DNA of 36,924 nt from Octopus bimaculoides (GCF_001194135.2 NC_068985.1:47000912-47037835), one strand, 5' to 3'; counted from the first letter of the stretch, positions 1 through 12,275 are shown. The notes: generated from the letters alone by a model not told the origin. Translations and numbers: made by a program.

Positions 1-2
1 CG

Positions 3-333
3 AAACGGGCTGATTACTACCTAGCTCAGATACCAGGAAACCCCAAAATGGCTGAAGTTCAAAAGATAGTGCTCATGGGAACTGCCCATATCCTACGTAA
101 AATACTGTCTATCAAATTTTAAAACAAACACAATTTTCTTATGGTTTCTTAAACATTCACTAGAACAAAACTGTACAAATCCAAATATATGGTACCCTAG
201 GCGTAACACCTACATGAACTTCTAACTTGTTGTCTCTTGAGGTCTCTGGGTGAGACTTGAATCCAACTTGTACAAAGGCAAAACAAAAGTCAAACATAAA
301 ATAATAATAATAATAATAAATAACAATAATAAT
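3..333 (+). mobile_element. 3' end of R4/Dong-like (RLE-type) non-LTR retrotransposon with 3' UTR and (AAT)n tail
   Basis: Frame 3..122 reads KRADYYLAQIPGNPKMAEVQKIVLMGTAHILRKILSIKF*; QKxxLxGTAxILRKxL is the typical C-terminus of R4/Dong ORFs. About 180 bp of UTR follows, then (AAT)n at ~300-333. Element continues beyond window start. Confidence 0.8.
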
Positions 334-467
334 CTTTTTTCTACTCTAGGCACAAGGCCCGAAACTTTGGGGGAGGGGGCCAGTCGATTAGATCGACCCC
401 AGTACGCAACTGGTACTTAATTTATCGACCCCGAAAGGATGAAAGGCAAAATCGATCCTGGGCGGAA
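334..467 (-). mobile_element. tRNA-derived SINE family B, 3' half
   Basis: Reverse complement reads ...tttgcctttcatcctttcggggtcgataaattaagtaccagttgcgtactggggtcgatctaatcgactggccccctccccc...ttgtgcctagagtagaaaa. The central motif recurs at 15.2, 33.4-33.8 and 35.1 kb. Confidence 0.85.
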
Positions 468-481
468 TAATAATAATAATG

Positions 482-547
<66 letters not shown>

Positions 548-548
548 G

Positions 549-958
549 AATAGTAAGCCAGACATAGTCTAAATTGAGAAAGAAAACAAACTATGTTGGA
601 TCATAGATATAGCATGCCCGGCTGAAAACAAGGTATGCTATAAGGAAGAAAGAAAAGTCGATAGATATGACAGGTTAGCTTGGGAAGTTAAGCAGTTGTG
701 GTCAATGAAAAGGGTAGCAGCATTAGCAATAATTGTCGGAGCCCTGGGAACAGTGAGCAAAAGTTTCGAGAAGTACGTGGAACAAATAGGGGCTGCAATA
801 AGGGTGGAGCACTTGCATAAAACAGCACTGCTTGGAACCGCCCGAATACTCTGGAAAGTGCTCGAAAAATAAGAGGTGTTACCTTAGTTCACTGGTAGTG
901 AACAGCTGACACTGTAGTACATCTCCATCATTAGAAGCTATGCAAAGGCAATGATGAT

Positions 959-1021
<63 letters not shown>
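549..1021 (+). mobile_element. 5'-truncated R4/Dong-like retrotransposon: decayed restriction-like endonuclease domain, 3' UTR, (AAT)n tail
   Basis: 549..872 translates NSKPDIV*IEKENKLCWIIDIACPAENKVCYKEERKVDRYDRLAWEVKQLWSMKRVAALAIIVGALGTVSKSFEKYVEQIGAAIRVEHLHKTALLGTARILWKVLEK*. This gives PD..D..E..K..Y, IIVGALG and KTALLGTARIL motifs with one internal stop. Flanked by (AAT)n on both sides. Confidence 0.9.
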
Positions 1022-1023
<2 letters not shown>

Positions 1024-1198
1024 TTGAGATTGGTGCTTGGGTGTTGAGTATCTTCCATGATAAGCTAACATCCAAGCACCAAAGCTTATAATTTGGGCAA
1101 AAATTAAAAAGAAACTCTCTGAAACATCTGACATCAAGTAGCTGTCCGCTCTCGCAGAATTAAGCAGAGCAAGTAAGACCGAGATATCTGAGAAGTAA

Positions 1199-1281
<83 letters not shown>

Positions 1282-1303
1282 CAACAACAACAACAACAAC
1301 AAC

Positions 1304-1374
<71 letters not shown>

Positions 1375-1380
1375 TAATAA
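958..1380. repeat. (AAT)n / (AAC)n microsatellite arrays enclosing a 180-bp unique insert (1022-1200)
   Basis: Directly visible trinucleotide runs; source of the poly-Leu ORF artefact. Confidence 0.95.
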
Positions 1381-1499
1381 TCCTTTCTACTACTATTACA
1401 GTAGTATAATAGTAGTAGAAATGATTAAAAATAGAAGAGTGCCATTGCTATCAAGTGAACGATATTTCGGTTTCTAGTGTGCCTGCCACAGGTTCAAAA

Positions 1500-1737
1500 A
1501 ATAAATTCACCCGAAAGAGTTTTTGTTCTCCTTCATAACGTCTTTCATGGTTTTCAACGAGCTTTAGCATCCAGTCGTTAGATGTTTCAAGATATTTTGC
1601 CAGTGCACTTGTGATGGTTTCGTAGGAAATTTCAAACTGGATCAAGCCTCAACCTCCTTGAGCTCTGGATAGTAAAGACGATCTGCGTCTGCCATTGGGT
1701 GGTGCATCTTATTGCAAGTCAGCAGCTTACGGATTTT
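1500..1737 (-). mobile_element. Internal fragment of R4/Dong-like retrotransposon (post-RT region)
   Basis: Minus strand from 1737 reads KIRKLLTCNKMHHPMADADRLYY, then after a 1-nt frameshift PRAQGG*GLIQFEISYETITSALAKYLETSNDWMLKLVENHE. HHPxADxDRLYxPRxxGGRGL is characteristic of R4/Dong ORFs. It starts immediately after an (AAT)n run on its own strand (1739-1791). Confidence 0.85.
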
Positions 1738-1738
1738 G

Positions 1739-1792
<54 letters not shown>

Positions 1793-1816
1793 TGAGGAAA
1801 ATTCTAAATGGTAATG

Positions 1817-1862
<46 letters not shown>

Positions 1863-4142
1863 CAACAACAACGTTAACAACGACGAGAATGTTGATGATT
1901 TTCTAAACTTTTCTTCTAATTGTGTGGCCATGTGCGTAACCTCTACCCATACAATTTGAAGAAAAAGTATTCGTCGACACCATTGACTGATTCTTTATTT
2001 TTCTATATCGGAAGAAGGAAAGTTAATGTTGACCTGAGAGCGATTTGCACTCTGAGCGTAAAGGACCATAATTACATACTGCATGTTATTTTGTACGGCT
2101 GTCAAACGATTCTGCCGTTTAACAATATCGATTTATTAAAATCAGCACAAGGCAACATGTTGAAAAAAGCCTATTAGTCGATCAAATCAATCACAAAACT
2201 TAAGTGGCGCTTATAAGACTGACGCAGGGAAAGAAAAAAAATCAAAGTTTGCCTCGTCCTGATTTAAACCTAGAATGACATGACATATAACTAAATACCT
2301 GAAAGCATTTTGACTGACAGACTACCGATTACATCGCGTACGCTCCTCTCAAGTATTTATACAGATATCAATCATAGACACAAGATCGCACGTGTTGCGG
2401 AAGGATGTATCCTCGACTAATTAGAAGTAGTACAAGAATGATACTTTGTGAACTTGCAGCTTAATCTTAACTGAATTAATTCCATAAAGGATGAATAACA
2501 ACCTGCGTCAATGTTATTTGTTTCTAGAAGACCAGAAAGTGCGTTGCAAAGTCCCGTGTAGTAGCATCTATCAATTACTAATCAACAAATCGTAATCAAA
2601 TACTTTAGTAAAAGAAAGTATTTCATTATGTTATGAACAAACAACGGGGAAGTGTTTGATAGCGTTGACAAGTAACTTAAGGGAAGATTGTATATGAATA
2701 AGGTACTAAAAATATTGAGCATGTAAATCAAGTATGTCATGTTTCTTAAAGCAGAATGAACGGGAATGCAACAGTCACGAAAGAGCAAATATTTCTTTTT
2801 GCAAATGGGTGACTTCAAGATGAATGCTGCAGAAGAGAAAATTACTAGAAACACTGCTGCAAATTTATTTGAAGAATAAATGTTATGAAATTCGACAGAG
2901 AATAATATTTCAAATAACATTGAAAAATTGAAAATTAGTTTAAAAGTAATAAGGTATGTGAATAAACACAAGTAACAGAAAGACGGACATGTCAATAGGT
3001 TGAAATTAATAAACTAGAGGATAAGAATGATAAATTCAAAGAAAATGGTTAAGGGAGAAATGTCATAAACACATTAGATTAATACTTAAAACCAAGTTAA
3101 ATGTAGCCAGCAATCTAGTAGATGTTCCTGCAGTAAGCGATAGTTAAATATCCACAGTTGCTCGTTAAGTCTAGACAGGAAAACAAGAAAAATATTGATT
3201 GCATTTCCAATAAAGAATCCAGAATACGACGCAGAAATACTATATAGTTTGCTAGAATACTGTCTCTATATAATAATAGCCGATATAAATGTTGGTTAGT
3301 TGGTTGGTTGAATTCTTCAGTCACACTTTACATCAAACTGAGAAAGAAAGGGGAAGAAATAGAGACACAGGAAAAGATAACATACGATGTGCAAAGTGAA
3401 TTCTCGGTGGTAGACAATAAATAAATGAACGCTACACACGCGCACATACAACGAGATGGAAAGAATCATAGAGGCAGAGTAAGAGAGGAAGAGAAATGCA
3501 AAGTAGTTAGATAAGAATATAAACAAATGAGAAATTTGTTTTAAATTTCATAAAGTAATGAATATTTTTCTCCTGAAAATTACTATTTATTCAATAATTT
3601 TGTATAAGCACCAAGAAAGTTTTATGGAAGTTAAATTATAGTTATTGTGTGTATATCATAAATTCCTGTTATTATCAAAGGTGGTGAAATTATACTTATA
3701 ATGTTACGCATCAGGTAACGCTACTACTTAAACATCTAGTGTAGAACCACGCACACATGGATACACACACACTCACACGTACACACGCACATACACACAT
3801 ACACACATACATACACGTGCCCACACACATGCGCGCGCACACACACTCACGGAAAGACTCACACAAGCATATATATTATATATGCTTGTTTTTATGTTCA
3901 GTTATAAAAATACAATTTTACATTAATCTGATGGGTTACTCTGTACTTTTGTAGAGTCTATATTTATCATTTATTATTCTTAAATTTATTAATCTTAAAC
4001 ACGAATCTAAATATATATAATATAAATTTATTATAAATTTATTCTTAAACCCATATATGTATGCATATATATAAACAGCTATATGCATACATACACAACT
4101 ATACACACACACACACGTATATACGTCTGTGTGTGTGTGAGA

Positions 4143-4303
4143 GCAGTCATGGTGTGAGGTTAATTAGTTGCCGTCGTTAATACGAGTTTTCGGGTTCAGC
4201 TGTACTGCACGGTACATTTGCCACGTATATCCTACTATAAACCCGGAACGACCAATGCCTTGTATGTGAATTTTGAACGAAAGAAACTGTGTGGAAGCCC
4301 GAC
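4143..4303 (+). mobile_element. Old, diverged SINE family A, 5' half
   Basis: cgggttcagctgtactgc...ctactataaacccggaacgaccaatgccttgtatgtgaattttg...gaaactgtgtggaagcccgac aligns by eye with the 5' half of the copy at 28841-29216. Confidence 0.55.
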
Positions 4304-4475
4304 ACATATGTGAGTATTCTGTGTTCCTGCTTAACAAGTAGTGTCGATCTGATTATATTGTAGTTATATAGCGCTCCGACAAAAAATGGGAATGGCTGGA
4401 ATAAATAATTTATGTCGTCTTATCGTTGCGACAAAAACATGATTTATTTTGATCAATCTCATGAGCAAAAACAGT

Positions 4476-4551
<76 letters not shown>

Positions 4552-4679
4552 AATATTCAAGTTGTACTGCAAGTGATTTGATCTGATTTCGGATCGTGGA
4601 CATTGCTGGAATGTTCATTTTGTCCTTATAGCTACATGAAAAAGATAGTCGCTGGTTCTGGTGTCTCTGGTGTTCTTGG

Positions 4680-4753
<74 letters not shown>

Positions 4754-4771
4754 TTACTACTACTATTTTAT

Positions 4772-4960
4772 AATTACCTTCACCTTATAGATGGAGGAGG
4801 TATTGTTTTCAGTCGTGTTTGTTTGTTTGTTCGTGGACAAGATATCTCAAGAACCGTTGGATGGATTCGGATGAAACTTTCAGGGATGTTTGGTCTTGTG
4901 ACTGGAACAAAGTGCTCAGATTCTGGGATCGATCCAACACCGGACAGGGATTCTGGATTA
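4772..4960 (+). mobile_element. Probable non-autonomous Helentron/HINE-like (DINE-1-like) fragment
   Basis: Begins attacctt...ggaggaggtattgttttc, then (GTTT)n, then caagatatctcaagaaccgttggatggattcggatgaaactttcaggg. This 5' hairpin + short tetranucleotide repeat architecture is recalled from Helentron-associated elements; classification by recall only. Confidence 0.45.
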
Positions 4961-5126
4961 ATTCTCCTTTTAATTTCTTTTTCTTGCATTGCCGATAAAA
5001 GTTCCAAAAGTAATCTCTATATATTCATGTGTTAACGTAGCGAACTCGCGTATTCGTTATACCCGTATCATATTTTCGACACTAAACACTGTGATATACA
5101 TGTGTCTGTAAGTTATGTATATATAT

Positions 5127-5176
<50 letters not shown>

Positions 5177-5427
5177 GTATGTACTCAGGCATATATGTAT
5201 ACATNNNNNNNNNNNNNNNNNNNNNNNNNNNNNNNNNNNNNNNNNNNNNNNNNNNNNNNNNNNNNNNNNNNNNNNNNNNNNNNNNNNNNNNNNNNNNNNN
5301 NNNNNNNNNNNNNNNNNNNNNNNNNNNNNNNNNNNNNNNNNNNNNNNNNNNNNNNNNNNNNNNNNNNNNNNNNNNNNNNNNNNNNNNNNNNNNNNNNTAT
5401 ATATATATATATATATATATTCTCTTA

Positions 5428-5605
5428 ATCTCTTACTTGTTTCAGTCATTTGACTGTGGCCATACTAGAGCCATACTAGGGTTTTAGTCGAGAAAATCGA
5501 CCCCAGGACTTATTCTTTGTAAGCCTAGGACTTATTTTATCGATTCCTTTACCAACCGCTAAGTTACGTGGACATGAACACTCCAGTATCTATTGTCAAG
5601 CGATG
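5428..5605 (-). mobile_element. SINE family A, 3' half
   Basis: cttacttgtttcagtcatttgactg...agtcgagaaaatcgaccccaggacttattctttgtaagcctag...gtcaagcgatg matches 28841-29005. Confidence 0.85.
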
Positions 5606-6013
5606 ACACATAAATACACACATACATCCAGACAGATGATACAAGGAAAGACGGACGAGTCATTCGCCTCTACCTCTCTCTCTCTCTTCTCTCCCCCACC
5701 TGACCGGTGTTCGGCCAAGCCTGACCTTTCTTTCTTGGTTTAAATAACATCCGTGCAACATCCCTGTGCCTATCAAACAATATGTCCCTGCCGTAAGGCT
5801 TTACTTCCACACACGTGAACTTAATTCAATTCGTCCTTAGTCGAAAGACACCTGTTGTTATGTCCCGTCATTTGCATTTGTATTTGTGTAACATTTCTCC
5901 GTTTTTTTTCCGTCCTTGTTTTCGTATATATTCGCTACTTTCTTCCAAGGAATCTAATACTCTTAGCTTAGTTTTTCCTTGGGGCTGGTCAAATTGGAGC
6001 AATCTCAAGTACA

Positions 6014-6293
6014 ACCGGAAATAATTCTGCAGAAAATAATTATGTGCAGTGAATTATGCCGGTTAGAGAATATGGTTATTTAAATTTAAAGAATAAGGGT
6101 GAAAAATTGAATATTAATTTGATTGATATCAATTTAAAGCCAGTGGTCTAGCATATTGAAAAAATCTGAAGATTCAAAATTAATAAACAATCAAATTAAT
6201 AATCAATTTTTCACCTTTATTATTTAAATAACCATGTTCTCTAACCGGCATAATTCGCTGCAGAGAATTATTTTCTGCAAAATTATTCCCGGT
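6014..6293. mobile_element. Foldback/MITE-like long inverted repeat
   Basis: Arm 6014-6125 is the reverse complement of 6188-6293 (~110 bp, few mismatches, one 6-nt indel); ~60-bp spacer. Confidence 0.75.
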
Positions 6294-6914
6294 ATTTTGG
6301 CGCGCCAAAACGAAGACTTTTCAAGTATAACCCCAAATGTAATTGGTAGAACTATATGCATGTTCAGTCTCATGTGGACGTCTTGTGTATAGTTCTGCAA
6401 ATTATATTTTGCTATGACGGTCACAGTGATTAACTGCGGACATTTACGTATGTATTACGGAAGTGGTAACAATGAAACCAAGTATGTGACTAATTTTTAT
6501 ATTTTGTATCTTTTCATTTGTCTTGCTCGCTTACGTTCTGGCGTTTGCTGAATGTTCTTGAGAACAATCTTTTCTTAGTGGTCAGAGCATATGGGATCTC
6601 CATCTAGCATATTGGATGTATACTTAGTGGTCATTCCTCTTATATGTATATATATGTGTAGATGCATGTATATATATATATATATTTATATATGCGTATA
6701 TATTTGCGTATTAACTATAGTAGACAGTTGCTTAAAATACTATACACACACACAAACACTCGCACATAGAAACACATACACATGCAAGGGTAGATACATG
6801 CAATCACGCGCACACAAATAAACATTGCCGCACGCACACATGCAAAGAAACAAAGTGATACAACCACTTGCTGAAACAGATATCTACGCGCACACACACA
6901 CACACAAACACACA

Positions 6915-6957
<43 letters not shown>

Positions 6958-7400
6958 ACAGACTGGCACGCACACACACATACCCACACACACACGCACG
7001 CACATCACATAAATATGCGCACACTCAAATTTAGAGAAGGTTGAGAACTGTTCATACTCACAACACACGCACAGATGCTAAATCGAGGACAACATCAGAC
7101 ACACATATCCACACACCCGAGAAAGAAACCCCGATCATTGCTGACAATTAATCCATAATGACTGTCAAGTGGTTTATTCTGAGACATGGCTCTGTCATGA
7201 AATGTTCCTCCGTGTAATTTATCATTTAAAGAAAAGAGAAAAAGCAAAATAAATACAAAACAAACATATATACACTCACAACAATGAACGCACAAACACA
7301 GTAAGGATTTATAGCTGCAATGTGGTTCTATCTTAGGATAGCAGCATAGTTGCAGCTTTCCTTTTTTCAATGTGTCCTATTAACATTTTCTTTCTTTCCT

Positions 7401-7432
<32 letters not shown>

Positions 7433-7441
7433 TTATGTGGG

Positions 7442-7508
<67 letters not shown>

Positions 7509-7539
7509 GTTTGTGTGTGTGTGTGTGTGTGTACACATA

Positions 7540-8434
7540 CAGAAGGTGCAGTGAATGAATTGTGTAAAGTACGCGAAAATGAAAATAACACTGACAACTC
7601 ATTTTAAAAGATACATTTACCAAAATTACATAAAGTTATCTTGAAATACTAAAGAGTAATTTCATTCAATAAAATCGCCATTGGCTTCAACCACGGCTTC
7701 CAGACCACTTCGGAATCTCCTGCAAATCCTCATTGTTTAAGTTGGTGAATGCTGCCATAATCCTTGCCTTCAGTTCATCTTTGGTGTTACAAAGAGTTTT
7801 TGTGGTCTCTCGCTCAACTGTGCCCCACACATTATGAAGGGGGTTGCAATTCGGTGAGTCAGGTGGCGAGATGTTAGGGTGCTGTGGCCGCAGAAACTGT
7901 CTGACAGCCATGACTGAATTCTCCTGTGTGTTCACCATCTGATCCTGGCAGCAATTTTTCTGGTCTGAGAAAAACTAAAGCATGTTCGGTTGGAGGGGAT
8001 GCTTGAGCTTGTTCAAAAGATTCGTATCGCGGTCTTTCTTCTTGTCTTTGATGGCTTGGGATAAAAATTGGTCCCTTCTCATCTTGTATGAGGAATACCA
8101 AATGTCATATCCACTACATGCCTGATAAGAAACTCAGACATTCTCAAGTCCCTGCCGATGTACCTGATTGACTTGGAGGGATCGTTGTCAATGATGGCCC
8201 GAATCTCACCGACAACTTCGGAGTTCTTTTCTTATCGGAACGGTTAGAGTGAGTTTTTCGAATTGTCGTACCTTCGTAATCCCTATTAGACTCATTCAAC
8301 TCTTTGTGCGAAATCTCTGCACAGTCCTCAGATCGAAAACCAAACACTGTACAGTTAACAAAATCAAAAACAAACAATGAACATTCATCAAAGTTAAAAA
8401 TATAAAATGGCGACAATTTACACATCGCATCCTG
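7540..8434 (-). mobile_element. Internally deleted Tc1/mariner (maT-like) DNA transposon
   Basis: Minus-strand frames give RKTHSNRSDKKRTP, FFSDQKNCCQDQMVNTQ and PPDSPNCNPLHNVWGTVERET..KDELKARIMAAF. The segment with the second catalytic Asp is missing. Right TIR caggatgcgatgtgtaaattg flanked by TA (8435-36); degenerate left TIR at ~7540 preceded by TA. Confidence 0.85.
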
Positions 8435-9317
8435 TATATATGTATATATATATATATANNNNNNNNNNNNNNNNNNNNNNNNNNNNNNNNNNNNNNNNNN
8501 NNNNNNNNNNNNNNNNNNNNNNNNNNNNNNNNNNNNNNNNNNNNNNNNNNNNNNNNNNNNNNNNNNNNNNNNNNNNNNNNNNNNNNNNNNNNNNNNNNNN
8601 NNNNNNNNNNNNNNNNNNNNNNNNNNNNNNNNNNNNNNNNNNNNNNNNNNNNNNNNNNNNNNNNNNNNNNNNNNNNNNNNNNNNNNNNNNNNNNNNNNNN
8701 NNNNNNNNNNNNNNNNNNNNNNNNNNNNNNNNNNNNNNNNNNNNNNNNNNNNNNNNNNNNNNNNNNNNNNNNNNNNNNNNNNNNNNNNNNNNNNNNNNNN
8801 NNNNNNNNNNNNNNNNNNNNNNNNNNNNNNNNNNNNNNNNNNNNNNNNNNNNNNNNNNNNNNNNNNNNNNNNNNNNNNNNNNNNNNNNNNNNNNNNNNNN
8901 NNNNNNNNNNNNNNNNNNNNNNNNNNNNNNNNNNNNNNNNNNNNNNNNNNNNNNNNNNNNNNNNNNNNNNNNNNNNNNNNNNNNNNNNNNNNNNNNNNNN
9001 NNNNNNNNNNNNNNNNNNNNNNNNNNNNNNNNNNNNNNNNNNNNNNNNNNNNNNNNNNNNNNNNNNNNNNNNNNNNNNNNNNNNNNNNNNNNNNNNNNNN
9101 NNNNNNNNNNNNNNNNNNNNNNNNNNNNNNNNNNNNNNNNNNNNNNNNNNNNNNNNNNNNNNNNNNNNNNNNNNNNNNNNNNNNNNNNNNNNNNNNNNNN
9201 NNNNNNNNNNNNNNNNNNNNNNNNNNNNNNNNNNNNNNNNNNNNNNNNNNNNNNNNNNNNNNNNNNNNNNNNNNNNNNNNNNNNNNNNNNNNNNNNNNNN
9301 NNNNNNNNNNNNNNNNN

Positions 9318-9885
9318 AAAGCAGTGTGCCCTTCAGATGTTATGCGCAAAGCAGAAGCTGAGCAAGAGTCTTTTTTGTGCATGGCGCAAAAGATTGTGCA
9401 GCAGCTGACCTGGCTACATCAAGCGCAAACATGGAATCTTGCCCACCATTTCGCAAGACCACCACAATCAACAGACATGGGATGGCCTCCCGTGACGCCT
9501 GTACAGTCGTCACGCCAATATTTTTTACTAAATACTGAGGGCCTGTTGCATCACAACAAAAGCAAATTTTTTTTCCTGAGAGACCTTGCTGCATGCAATC
9601 AAGCCCTATGCATAGCACTCATGGAAACTCATCTGAGCCCAGATATAGAGGATGCAGAACTACACGTACCAAAATATACCATACTTCGTATAGACGGAAG
9701 GAAAAGGAGTAATGGTGGAGTTGCTATATACATCCGTGAAGACCTCACAGCGCAAGTCTTACTGTCAATACTCAAATTCAGTATGTGACACTCTAATTGT
9801 ATACATAAGACAACACAATATGGTCATATGCAATACATATCGCCCACTGGATGCTCCAAAGCACATAGACAAGTTTTAAGTTTGC
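9318..9885 (+). mobile_element. LINE fragment (CR1/L2/I-like): ORF1 end and ORF2 apurinic-endonuclease N-terminus, pseudogenised
   Basis: ORF 9324..9788 contains LLNTEGL...CIALMETHL..DIEDAELHVPKYTILRIDGRKRSNGGVAIYIREDL; after a frameshift ...ICNTYRPL (YRPP-like, 9838). These are APE motifs. Upstream part lost in a gap. Confidence 0.8.
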
Positions 9886-10072
9886 CTTACAAGAATTAAA
9901 TATATATATATAAATTAAAACTTACTTGCAAATGGACGCGTAGCGTTCGGTAATATAATAATACAAATGATATATGAGCATATGCATGTATACGTACATA
10001 TACGTACATACCTACATCTACATATATATATAGATGCATATCCGGGTACTGGACGTCAAGAAACGTGGACAA

Positions 10073-10843
10073 AAAAGGAACGGGAACATAAACAAAGCAC
10101 AAAAAACGGACATTTTTTATGGATAACAGAATGAACACATAGGAAAGCAAACAAGCCACTTATGGAACTTTTCCTTCATCAGCTGCCTTTATTCTAAACT
10201 AGGCGTTTCGAAGATGAGGCAGAAGGTGCTCTTAGAATAGCTCTTCCCGCGAAGTGGATTAACCTGCTAAGTGGAGGATTCCAAAGTAGCAAAAAAAAAA
10301 AACAAGACAGGAAAAATTAAACAGTGAAAACAACGTTAAGGGCCGCTAAGCCGAATGAGATGAGATTACTGTTCCTCCCTGTCTCTCGTCACTCACCTTT
10401 GTTCAACTTCCTCCATTTTCCTCCCTCAATCACTCCTCGTTGATCACATGTGACCTTTGGTCACCTCTTCCTTTCTCCCTTCGGCCAGCATAAAAGCAAC
10501 CTGAACTGCTATCTCTCTTCGCTGAAGTTCGTCATATCACAGCGTTCAGTATCTCATCTCGTTTGGCTTAGTGGCCCTTAACGTTGCTTTCACTGTTTAA
10601 TTTTTCCTGTCTTGTTTTTGTTTGCTACTTTGGAATCCTCCGCATAGCACGTTAATCCACTTCACGGGAAGAGCTATTCTAAGAGCGCGTTCTGCCTCAT
10701 CTTCGAAACGCCTTGTTTAGAATAGAGGCAGCTGATGAAGTAAAAGTTCCATAAGTGGCTTGTTTGTTTTCCTATGTGTTCATTCTGTTGTCTGTAAAAA
10801 AAAAGTCCGTTTTTTGTGCTTTGTTTATGATCCCGTTCCTTTT
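10073..10843. repeat. ~297-bp inverted repeat pair (10073-10371 / 10547-10843) with 175-bp spacer, possibly Penelope-like termini
   Basis: Arms align as reverse complements at roughly 90% by eye (e.g. gccacttatggaactttt / aaaagttccataagtggc; gcgtttcgaagatgaggcagaa / ttctgcctcatcttcgaaacgc). Confidence 0.85.
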
Positions 10844-10851
10844 AATCAATA

Positions 10852-11115
10852 GTCTTAGTCAATAACATTGACGCAAGGACATATATTTTAAAAGTTTAAT
10901 ACTTATTCTATCGGTCTCTTTTGCCGAACCGCTAGATTATGGAGCCGTAAACGCACCAACACCGGATGTCAAGCGGTGATGTTGGTACAAACATAGGCAC
11001 AAAACGAAGAGACATGCACATAAATATATATAGCTCGAGACTATAGTAGAAGTCACTTACGCAAAGTACCATGTCGTTGGGAAGCAAAATACTTACCACG
11101 CAGCCACACTTGCGC
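10852..11115 (-). mobile_element. SINE family A, internally deleted copy
   Basis: tacttattctatcggtctcttttgccgaaccgct...gtcaagcgg...ctatagtagaag...acttaccacgcagccacacttgcgc matches 28841-29216. Confidence 0.8.
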
Positions 11116-11591
11116 ATATATATANNNNNNNNNNNNNNNNNNNNNNNNNNNNNNNNNNNNNNNNNNNNNNNNNNNNNNNNNNNNNNNNNNNNNNNNNNNN
11201 NNNNNNNNNNNNNNNNNNNNNNNNNNNNNNNNNNNNNNNNNNNNNNNNNNNNNNNNNNNNNNNNNNNNNNNNNNNNNNNNNNNNNNNNNNNNNNNNNNNN
11301 NNNNNNNNNNNNNNNNNNNNNNNNNNNNNNNNNNNNNNNNNNNNNNNNNNNNNNNNNNNNNNNNNNNNNNNNNNNNNNNNNNNNNNNNNNNNNNNNNNNN
11401 NNNNNNNNNNNNNNNNNNNNNNNNNNNNNNNNNNNNNNNNNNNNNNNNNNNNNNNNNNNNNNNNNNNNNNNNNNNNNNNNNNNNNNNNNNNNNNNNNNNN
11501 NNNNNNNNNNNNNNNNNNNNNNNNNNNNNNNNNNNNNNNNNNNNNNNNNNNNNNNNNNNNNNNNNNNNNNNNNNNNNNNNNNNNNNNNNNN

Positions 11592-11626
<35 letters not shown>

Positions 11627-12226
11627 TGTATGTATGCATGTATGTCTGTGTTACTCGTTTTATCTATAATCTAAAAATTAGGTAAACATAAGGCTCTTGA
11701 CTTGACACTACCATATTAATTTAAAAAGTTAATACTTGTATTGAATGATGCATTGTTTGTTACAATGGCTTCTACTCTGTCTTCTATAACATTGACAAAC
11801 TACCAGATACCGACAGTATTTTAAGAGAGAAAGGTTCATTTACAAACAAAAGTTATGGGATAAAATATAGGCATCTTGATTCTCCGCGGTAAAAATATTC
11901 GCTGACTCTATTAGGAGTGCGGTTAGTGGCTTGGAAATCAAAGCAAACTAGAACAGAAATAGTTGTTTAAAGGTGCGAGTAAGATGTGTTATATTTACTT
12001 AGTCTAAACGGAACTTGTAATAGCGTGAAGTTCACTGGAAGATGAAAATACGTTTCAAGATCGAGGTTGAACACAAACAGGGGCGTTATTATTTGAGTTA
12101 TATAGATAGACATCATAACATAAACAGTTGTGTGTAGATATATGAGTGTGGACAACTCTAACAATTCATATGTTTATGTCTAACATATATATATTCATAT
12201 AATCATGTACAATCTTATGTATACAT

Positions 12227-12275
<49 letters not shown>

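Noticed and set aside
2582-3300. Faint RT-like words (FDSVD etc.) on the + strand
   Set aside because: Too many stops and too little motif support to classify.
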